Source: Candidatus Omnitrophota bacterium (GTDB lineage: Bacteria; Omnitrophota; Gorgyraeia; Zapsychrales; Zapsychraceae). Taken from it: a stretch of 64,000 bases of DNA. The stretch covers positions 1,617-65,616 of the forward strand of contig JACROV010000077.1 of assembly GCA_016214285.1 (NCBI GenBank). Reading direction: 5' to 3'. The notes under the pieces are model-generated. The model was not told where the DNA came from, made no database searches, and saw nothing but the letters and a program-made list of their open reading frames with translations. The position numbers and the translations under genes were made by a program. Shown here piece by piece: positions 57,266 through 64,000 of the stretch. The first letter of the stretch is position 1. Each line of letters starts with the position of its first letter.

Positions 57266-58038
57266 AAAAAAGGATTTGGCTGTCAGTTTTGGCCGCCGCG
57301 GTGGTCATTGCCGGCGGTATCTCGTGGTTGGCATCCCGTCATTATGTCGTTCCGATCATGATGTACCATCATGTCAATAATGTTGATCCCAAGCGTCAGG
57401 ATACGGTCAGTCCCGAGCGTTTTGAATGGCACATGGCCTATCTCAAGAAACATCATTTTAGGGTTCTGTCCTTAAGCACACTTGTCCAGATTATTAAACA
57501 GGGTAAACCCCTGCCGCGTAAAAGTGTCGTTATTACTTTTGACGATGGGTATGCGGATAATTATCAGTACGCCTTTCCTATTCTAAAGAAATATGGTTTC
57601 CCGGCAGCGATATTTGTTATCACGGATGTTATCAGTGCCGGAGAATTCTTGACGACGGCGCAAATGAAGGAGATGCTGGCGCAAGGTATTGAAATCGGCA
57701 GCCATACGCGCCGTCACGCGTATCTTCCCGGGATTCTTGGCAAAACACTCCTTGAAGAGATTCAAGGCAGTAAGGATAGGCTCGAACAAGAATTGGGGGT
57801 GGCGATTACCAACTTTGCCTATCCTAACGGCGGGTTCAATGAAGACGCCAAGCGGATCGTTCAACAGGCCGGGTATGAAAGCGCCTGCACGACGAACCGG
57901 GGATATGACCGTTTTAACCGCGATGTTTATGAACTCAAGCGCGTACGTTTTAGCGACCAGGATGACCGCGTGGATTACCTCTGGATGAAGCTGAGCGGCT
58001 ATTATAATTTGTTCCGCAAGGCCAAGAGTCCGTATTGA
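57262..58038 (+). CDS. Polysaccharide deacetylase (NodB homology, CE4), membrane-anchored
   Basis: There is an N-terminal TM segment, plus VVITFDDGYADNY, IGSHTRRH and FAYPNG. Confidence 0.85.
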   Translation: MKKRIWLSVLAAAVVIAGGISWLASRHYVVPIMMYHHVNNVDPKRQDTVSPERFEWHMAYLKKHHFRVLSLSTLVQIIKQGKPLPRKSVVITFDDGYADNYQYAFPILKKYGFPAAIFVITDVISAGEFLTTAQMKEMLAQGIEIGSHTRRHAYLPGILGKTLLEEIQGSKDRLEQELGVAITNFAYPNGGFNEDAKRIVQQAGYESACTTNRGYDRFNRDVYELKRVRFSDQDDRVDYLWMKLSGYYNLFRKAKSPY

Positions 58039-58067
58039 AGACATAAATATCAGGGAGATGCGCGTGC

Positions 58068-61000
58068 ATGGCTCAGACAGATAACCCAAAATATTTTTTG
58101 GATAAAGAAGGCCGCTTCATTATTGAAAATTATAACGCGGCCAAACCGTTCAGCAACTTTTTTCCCGGCATCGCGGGCGTTTGGGGCACACCGATGTGGG
58201 TGTTTTACGTCAATCGCGGCCAGTGCATCGCCAGTTTCGGGATTGAATCCAAGGATAAGGCGATTCTGGAATTTCAGCCGGCGAATAAATCCTACCGGCT
58301 CACAAGCCTGCAGGGGTTCCGCAGTTTTATCAAAACAAGACAAGGCCGCAAGGTGATCTATTGGGAACCTTTCCAGGATCATCTCCCCGGAACTGCGTTT
58401 CGCAAGAAGCAAAGCTTGAACTTGTCCGCGCATGATCTGACCCTGATCGAAACCAACCTGGACCTGGGGCTGGAGATATCCGTGAATTATTTTACTCTGC
58501 CTGAAGAGAATTATGCCTCCCTTGTCCGTCGGGTACGAATAACTAATTTGAAGAACAAGGTTCGCGATATTGAATTGATCGACGGCTTGCCGGTTTTGAA
58601 TCCCTATGGGCTGAAGGATTGGGCGAGCAAAAATATGTCCCGGACCGTGGAGGCATGGGTCCAGGTCGGCAATATCGCTAAAAAAGCGCCTTATTATCAA
58701 TTGAAGGTTGAAGTTTCCGATACGCCGCAGGTCACGCATATCAAAGAAGGAAATTTTTTCGTCAGTTTTCAGGTCAATGGGAAAACGACGCGGCTATTGG
58801 ACCCGATCGTTGAAGCCGCGAGCGTTTTTGGTGCGGCACATGATTTTGCCGCGCCCGCGCGTTTCCTGCGCGATGATTTCCGTAAACCCGCCTTGCAGCA
58901 AACAAGTAACCGGATGCCCGCGGCGTTGGGCCATTCCCGATTTTCTCTCAAGGCTAAAGGGCATCAAGAGATTATTTCACTGTTCGGCTGCATTCAGGAT
59001 GTTCAGCGTTTAAATAGCGTTGTCCTCCAGGTGAGCAGTCCCGGAGAATTTATCGCGCGCAAGGCGGATCGTAACAAGGAAATCATTGACGGGATCAAGA
59101 ATCACAGTCTCACCGCAAGCGCCTCGCGGGAATTCGATCTGTACGCCGGGCAAACGTTCCTTGATAATATTTTGCGCGGCGGGTTGCCGATTTCCCTGAA
59201 AACCCGTGACGGGAATGCCGCTTTTAACGTCTACAGCCGCAAGCATGGAGATCCCGAGCGCGATTATAACCATTTTGTGCTCGCGCCAACGTTTTTTTCC
59301 CAGGGTAACGGGAACTATCGCGACGTCAACCAGAACCGCCGTAATGATGTTTGGTTTAATACGGACGTGGGCGACAGCCATCTGATCAGTTTCTTAAATC
59401 TCATCCAGGCGGACGGCTACAATCCGCTGGTTGTCAGAGGAACGACATTCCATGTGGCACAGCCCGGGAAGATCGATGACTTGTTAGGGCGCTCTGTCCG
59501 TGAAAAAAGCCGCGGTCCGCTTAACGAATTTTTGCGCAAAAGTTTCTCCCCCGGGGATCTTCTTCAATTCATCGATAACCAGGAGATCGGACTGACGGTG
59601 GATGCAAAAACGTTCCTTGGTTATGTCTTGGAACTATGCCATCGTCAGGAGATGGCGGATCACGGGGAAGGGTTCTGGGCTGATCATTGGACTTATAATC
59701 TGGACCTGGTGGAAAGTTACCTGGCGCTTTATCCGGAGAATTTGCGGCCGTTGTTTTTGGAAAAGAAGGTTTTTAGTTTTTATCATAACAATCATTATGT
59801 CCTGCCGCGCGCGCAGCGGTATATTCTCACCGACCGCGGCGTGCGGCAGTACCATTCCGTTGGAAAAGACATGCATCACGACAAATCCGGCGGACGCGGG
59901 AATGTTTTACGCGCGGGGCATGGGGAAGGTGACGCGTATCATACGAATTTGTTGAGCAAGCTGCTTTGCCTGATCGCCAACAAGATCGCGTCTTTGGACC
60001 CCAGCGGGACAGGCGTGGAAATGGAGGCGGACAAGCCGAACTGGTATGACGCGTTAAATGGTCTGCCGGGATTGATCGGATCATCAAGCTCGGAAACTTT
60101 CGAGATCAAGCGGGCGTGTGAATTCGTCCTTGACGCGCTCAAGCGCTCAGCGGTCAATGATCAGCAGGGTATTAAATTTTTTGAGGAACTGGCCGATTTC
60201 ATTATCCATCTCAAACAAATCCTTGCCGCCCCAACAAGCATTCTGACGTATTGGTTTGATTCAAACGACGCCAAAGAGCATTACCGGGCGAAGATCCGGA
60301 TGGGGGTCAACGGCACGGAAAAAGAATTGACATTTGCCGAGGTCAGAAATTTCTTAAATCTGGTTATTGCAAAGGTGGACCAGGCCATCGGGTCCGCCCG
60401 AAACGAAAAAGGCCAGTTAGCCACGTATTTTTATCATGAGGTGACCGAATACAAGCGTCCCGAAAAAGGGGATGGTAAACATGTGTTGCCGCTGAAGTTC
60501 AAACGGCACGTCCTGCCGCTTTTTTTGGAAGGGTATGTTCACGCGTTGCGGATCGAAAAGGATCCCGGCACAGCGCGGAAACTTTACAAAGAAGTCCGCA
60601 AAAGCGGCCTGTTCGATCAGAAGCTTAAGATGTATCGTGTCAACGCCGATCTCTCCGGTGAGTCTGAGGAGATCGGACGCGCCCGGGTTTTTCCCGCCGG
60701 CTGGTTGGAGAATGCCTCCATTTGGCTGCACATGGAGTACAAATTTATGCTGGAGTTGTTGCGCGGCGGACTTTACGAAGAATTCTTTGAGAATTTCCGC
60801 CACGTATTGATCCCGTTTCTCAAGCCGGCGCGATACGGACGCAGTATCCTTGAGAATTCGTCATTCCTGGTCAGCAGTATGCATGAAGACAGCGCGTTAC
60901 ACGGTCAAGGATTTGTCGCCCGTCTTTCCGGCAGCACGGCCGAGTTTCTTCACATGTGGCTTTATATGAATGCCGGAGCAACCCCCTTTACCCTGGGTCC

Positions 61001-61334
61001 TCAAAATGAATTGCGGCTTGAATTCAAGCCTGTTTTGCAGGGTTGGTTATTTAGCAAGAACGCCAGCGCCATAACTTATGTAAACGCCTCACAAGAGCTT
61101 GAAAAGGTCCAGTTGCCTGCCAACAGTTATGCTTTTAAATTTTTTGGAAACATTTTGGTTGTTTATCATAATCCAAAGCGCCGCGATACTTATAAGGCAA
61201 AAATCAAGGCAATCCATCTCACGTACCCGCATCTGCCGCAACCCGTAGTCCTTGCTGCATCCGTGATACCGCCGCCGCATGCTCAAGATATTCGCCAGAA
61301 AAAACTCCGGCGGATCGATGTTCATTTTGAGTAA
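58068..61334 (+). CDS. Large (1088 aa) uncharacterised protein; resembles proteins usually annotated as cellobiose/glycan phosphorylase-like (GH94-type architecture)
   Basis: The N-terminus FIIENYNAAKPFSNFFPGIAGVWGTPMWVFYVNRGQCIASFGIESKDKAILEFQPANKSY matches a family I recall as labelled cellobiose phosphorylase (COG3459-like). Later motifs are NQNRRNDVWFN and WADHWTYNLDL. The assignment is from memory and unverified. Confidence 0.45.
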   Translation: MAQTDNPKYFLDKEGRFIIENYNAAKPFSNFFPGIAGVWGTPMWVFYVNRGQCIASFGIESKDKAILEFQPANKSYRLTSLQGFRSFIKTRQGRKVIYWEPFQDHLPGTAFRKKQSLNLSAHDLTLIETNLDLGLEISVNYFTLPEENYASLVRRVRITNLKNKVRDIELIDGLPVLNPYGLKDWASKNMSRTVEAWVQVGNIAKKAPYYQLKVEVSDTPQVTHIKEGNFFVSFQVNGKTTRLLDPIVEAASVFGAAHDFAAPARFLRDDFRKPALQQTSNRMPAALGHSRFSLKAKGHQEIISLFGCIQDVQRLNSVVLQVSSPGEFIARKADRNKEIIDGIKNHSLTASASREFDLYAGQTFLDNILRGGLPISLKTRDGNAAFNVYSRKHGDPERDYNHFVLAPTFFSQGNGNYRDVNQNRRNDVWFNTDVGDSHLISFLNLIQADGYNPLVVRGTTFHVAQPGKIDDLLGRSVREKSRGPLNEFLRKSFSPGDLLQFIDNQEIGLTVDAKTFLGYVLELCHRQEMADHGEGFWADHWTYNLDLVESYLALYPENLRPLFLEKKVFSFYHNNHYVLPRAQRYILTDRGVRQYHSVGKDMHHDKSGGRGNVLRAGHGEGDAYHTNLLSKLLCLIANKIASLDPSGTGVEMEADKPNWYDALNGLPGLIGSSSSETFEIKRACEFVLDALKRSAVNDQQGIKFFEELADFIIHLKQILAAPTSILTYWFDSNDAKEHYRAKIRMGVNGTEKELTFAEVRNFLNLVIAKVDQAIGSARNEKGQLATYFYHEVTEYKRPEKGDGKHVLPLKFKRHVLPLFLEGYVHALRIEKDPGTARKLYKEVRKSGLFDQKLKMYRVNADLSGESEEIGRARVFPAGWLENASIWLHMEYKFMLELLRGGLYEEFFENFRHVLIPFLKPARYGRSILENSSFLVSSMHEDSALHGQGFVARLSGSTAEFLHMWLYMNAGATPFTLGPQNELRLEFKPVLQGWLFSKNASAITYVNASQELEKVQLPANSYAFKFFGNILVVYHNPKRRDTYKAKIKAIHLTYPHLPQPVVLAASVIPPPHAQDIRQKKLRRIDVHFE

Positions 61335-61372
61335 CATTTTTAAAGGTCGTTTCTTACGAAGGGAGGGGTGAA

Positions 61373-62368
61373 ATGACGACTTCAGAAATAACTGCCATCA
61401 GCGAAAAGGTTAAAAAAGAGAGTAGTTTTGTTGAAGGTGTTTTGCTGGAAACCCAGAAGATCATCGTCGGGCAAAAGTATCTGCTTGAACGCCTGCTGGT
61501 GGGATTTTTGGCCAACGGGCATGTTTTGCTCGAAGGGGTGCCCGGCCTGGCCAAGACTACGGCCGTCAAGACGATCTCAGCGACCATCCGCACCAAATTT
61601 CAGCGGGTGCAGTTTACGCCGGACATGCTGCCGGCGGATCTCACCGGGACGCTCATCTACGACCAGAAAACAAGTGATTTTAAAGTGAGAAAAGGGCCGA
61701 TCTTTGCCAATATCATCCTGGCTGATGAGATCAACCGCGCGCCGGCAAAGGTTCAGAGCGCGCTTTTGGAAGCCATGCAGGAACGGCAAGTGACGATCGG
61801 CGAAGAAACCTTCAAGCTTGATGATCCGTTTTTGGTCCTGGCCACGCAGAACCCCATTGAGCAGGAAGGCACGTACCCGTTGCCCGAAGCCCAGGTCGAC
61901 CGCTTTATGCTCAAGGTTAAAGTCGATTATCCATCCAAAGAAGAAGAGTTGAAGATATTGCAACGGATGGGGTTCACCAAAAAGGACATCGATCCACAGG
62001 CAATCATTACCCCGCAGGAACTTTTACGGGCGAGAGGTGTTGTGGACGAGATTTATATCGATGAAAAGATCCAGAAATATATCGTGGATATCGTGGATGC
62101 CACGCGCGCGCCGCAGAATTATGGGCTCGGTAATTTAAGAAACCTGATCCATTACGGCGCGTCGCCGCGGGCGAGCATTTATCTGGCCGTTGCCGCCAAG
62201 GCCTGCGCCTTCTTGCAAGGGCGAGGCTACGTCACGCCCCAGGATGTTAAATCGATCGGGATGGATGTCCTGCGCCACCGGGTCATCATCAGTTACGAGG
62301 CCGAAGCGGAGGAAAAGACCTCCGAAGACGTGATCAAAACCATCTTTAACGAGATCGCGGTGCCGTAA
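61373..62368 (+). CDS. MoxR-family AAA+ ATPase
   Basis: IVGQKYLLERLLVGFLANGHVLLEGVPGLAKT, Walker B ILADEINRAPAKVQSALLEAMQERQVT, LATQNPIEQEGTYPLPEAQVDRF and GASPRA are present. Confidence 0.92.
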   Translation: MTTSEITAISEKVKKESSFVEGVLLETQKIIVGQKYLLERLLVGFLANGHVLLEGVPGLAKTTAVKTISATIRTKFQRVQFTPDMLPADLTGTLIYDQKTSDFKVRKGPIFANIILADEINRAPAKVQSALLEAMQERQVTIGEETFKLDDPFLVLATQNPIEQEGTYPLPEAQVDRFMLKVKVDYPSKEEELKILQRMGFTKKDIDPQAIITPQELLRARGVVDEIYIDEKIQKYIVDIVDATRAPQNYGLGNLRNLIHYGASPRASIYLAVAAKACAFLQGRGYVTPQDVKSIGMDVLRHRVIISYEAEAEEKTSEDVIKTIFNEIAVP

Positions 62369-62469
62369 GTCCGGCATGCGGCGGTTTCGCAAAAATGAGA
62401 TCGACGCTTGGAAGCGTAAAGGTTGCATTGGCGCGCTGCCGCGTTTAATGGTAAATTCAGGGAAGAATC

Positions 62470-64000
62470 ATGCCGGGAATATTCGATAACATTGACCAGT
62501 CTCTTTTGCCGTCTCTAAAGCAAACATTGCAGCTTTCTTCCAAGGCTGATTTCTGCGTTGGGTATTTTAATTTGCGTGGCTGGAAGGCACTTGATCATTT
62601 TGTTGAATCTTGGGCCGGAGGGGATGGCCAACAGTGCCGTCTGCTTGTCGGGATGCAGCGTCTGCCGCAGGATGAGCTCAAGCAATTCTATAGTATGATC
62701 CAGCAGGGGCAGGGGATTGATAACGCGACGGCCGTCCGTTTAAGACGGAGGATGGCTGAAGAGTTTCGGGACCAGTTGACCCTGGGTGTCCCAACATCAG
62801 AGGACGAAGCTGGTTTAAGAAGACTGGCAGTACAGTTAAAAGCGGGCAAGTTGGCGGTTAAATTATTCCTTAAACATCCCTTACACGCGAAGCTTTACCT
62901 TTGTTTTCGCCCTGACCCTATAAGTCCGATCGTCGGCTATATGGGGAGCAGCAATCTAACTCTTTCTGGACTGTCCCAGCAGGGGGAACTTAACATTGAT
63001 ATTTTGGACCATGACGCGACAGAGAAATTAGCCCGGTGGTTTGAGGACCGCTGGAACGATCAGTGGTGTTTGGATATCTCAAAAGATCTTGTTGCGGTTA
63101 TTGAATCGAGCTGGGCAAGAGTTGAGCCCATTGCCCCCTATCATATTTATTTAAAGATCGCGTATTATCTTTCACAGGAAGCCCGCGCCGGCCTCAATGA
63201 GTTCGCGATACCAAAAGACTTCGGCAATAAGCTTTTTGATTTTCAGAAGGCCGCGGTCAAGATTGCGGCGCATCATCTTAATAAGCGTGGCGGCGTCCTC
63301 ATTGGCGATGTCGTCGGTCTTGGGAAAACCTTGATGGCGACCGCTGTGGCCCGCATAATGGAGGATGATCATGACCTCGAGACGCTGATCATTTGCCCCA
63401 AGAATATTGTTTCCATGTGGGAGGACTATCGCGAGCAGTATCGATTGAGAGCCAAGATCCTTCCCGTTAGTGTTGTGATCAAGGAATTGCCGGAGTGCAA
63501 ACGCTATCGAATAGTGCTTATCGATGAAAGTCACAACCTTCGCAACCGTGACGGCAAGCGTTTCTTGGCCATCAAAGAGTATGTTGAGAAGAATGACAGC
63601 AAATGCATTCTTCTTTCGGCTACCCCCTACAACAAAACCTATCTCGACTTGTCCAATCAGTTGCGGCTTTTTGTGAAAGAAGATCGGGACCTCGGTATTC
63701 GTCCGGAAAAGTTGATCAAAAAAATGGGTGAGACCGAGTTCATGAAAAAACATCAATGCCCTGTCCGTTCGTTAGCGGCTTTCGAGAAAAGTGAATATGC
63801 GGATGATTGGCGGGATCTCATGCGTTTATACCTTGTTCGTCGTACAAGGAGTTTTATTCAGGATAACTATGCGGAAACAGATCCCGCGAATGGCAGAAAG
63901 TTTCTGCGATTTGAAGACGGCAGGAAGACATATTTTCCGACGCGCGATCCCAGGACGGTTACGTTTGCTCTTTCGGGCGCCGGTGATCAGTATTCACAGC
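62470..64000 (+). CDS. 5'-partial gene: N-terminal PLD-family (HKD) nuclease domain fused to an SNF2/DEAD-like helicase; runs off the right edge
   Basis: My own translation from the ATG at 62470 gives 510 codons with no stop. The ORF track omits it, presumably because it has no stop in the window. The HKD motif is HAKLYLCF...GYMGSSNLTLSG. Helicase motif I is GDVVGLGKTLMA, motif II is VLIDESHNLRN, and LLSATPYNK and LVRRTR follow. Confidence 0.85.
   Translation, partial: MPGIFDNIDQSLLPSLKQTLQLSSKADFCVGYFNLRGWKALDHFVESWAGGDGQQCRLLVGMQRLPQDELKQFYSMIQQGQGIDNATAVRLRRRMAEEFRDQLTLGVPTSEDEAGLRRLAVQLKAGKLAVKLFLKHPLHAKLYLCFRPDPISPIVGYMGSSNLTLSGLSQQGELNIDILDHDATEKLARWFEDRWNDQWCLDISKDLVAVIESSWARVEPIAPYHIYLKIAYYLSQEARAGLNEFAIPKDFGNKLFDFQKAAVKIAAHHLNKRGGVLIGDVVGLGKTLMATAVARIMEDDHDLETLIICPKNIVSMWEDYREQYRLRAKILPVSVVIKELPECKRYRIVLIDESHNLRNRDGKRFLAIKEYVEKNDSKCILLSATPYNKTYLDLSNQLRLFVKEDRDLGIRPEKLIKKMGETEFMKKHQCPVRSLAAFEKSEYADDWRDLMRLYLVRRTRSFIQDNYAETDPANGRKFLRFEDGRKTYFPTRDPRTVTFALSGAGDQYSQ

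Noticed and set aside
63172-63756. 194-aa minus-strand ORF, the only track ORF in the last 1.5 kb.
   Set aside because: It is antisense to the 510-codon open frame encoding clear PLD and SNF2 helicase motifs. It is a shadow ORF.

Overview
Bacterial chromosomal segment, almost entirely coding on the + strand. I saw no rRNA, CRISPR array, transposase or integrase. The gene content (AsmA, Pal-like OmpA protein, SPOR protein, F-type ATPase, PPi-type PFK, 7Fe ferredoxin) suggests a diderm, possibly uncultivated, lineage; taxonomy cannot be fixed from the sequence alone. Order of content: (1) a tilS-like 3' end, ftsH-folP-cdaA, then pdxJ-acpS-nnrD-queH. (2) A surface-glycan locus of about 16 kb (7.1-23.1 kb). 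It has a dTDP-sugar branch (rfbA, rmlD-like, rfbB), a DUF2079/UbiA-type prenyl-phosphate phosphoribosyltransferase pair, and a CDP-sugar branch predicted to make a C-methylated 6-deoxyhexose (rfbF, rfbG, cupin epimerase, C-methyltransferase, reductase). It also has a Wzx flippase, an acetyltransferase, two GT2 enzymes and a HAD phosphatase. (3) A PPi-type phosphofructokinase on the minus strand, a hairpin-dense 0.6 kb spacer, and tRNA-Thr/Tyr/Gly. (4) A GT2, gpsA, an orphan MoaD-like protein, and a ferrochelatase with an extra N-terminal membrane domain. (5) A complete atpBEFHAGDC operon with a short epsilon subunit. (6) fdxA, an EamA transporter and acnA. (7) An envelope trio: Pal-like/LysM protein, membrane-anchored propeller-like protein, SPOR protein. 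(8) pckA. (9) A tightly coupled DsbA-like / MauE-like / Memo-AMMECR1 fusion operon. (10) A 1554-aa modular repeat protein containing a recent 540-bp tandem duplication, followed by asmA and a coiled-coil membrane protein. (11) DUF167, yqeY, a polysaccharide deacetylase, a 1088-aa glycoside-phosphorylase-like protein, and an orphan MoxR ATPase. (12) At the right edge, 510 open codons of a PLD-nuclease/SNF2-helicase fusion that the ORF track omits because it has no stop in the window. The most noteworthy items are the giant repeat protein and its envelope neighbours, the exported-looking Memo-AMMECR1 operon, the lipid-linked-pentose and C-methyl-sugar glycan modules, the structured non-coding regions, and the truncated defence-like helicase. 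All family assignments come from motif recognition by eye; no database search was possible.
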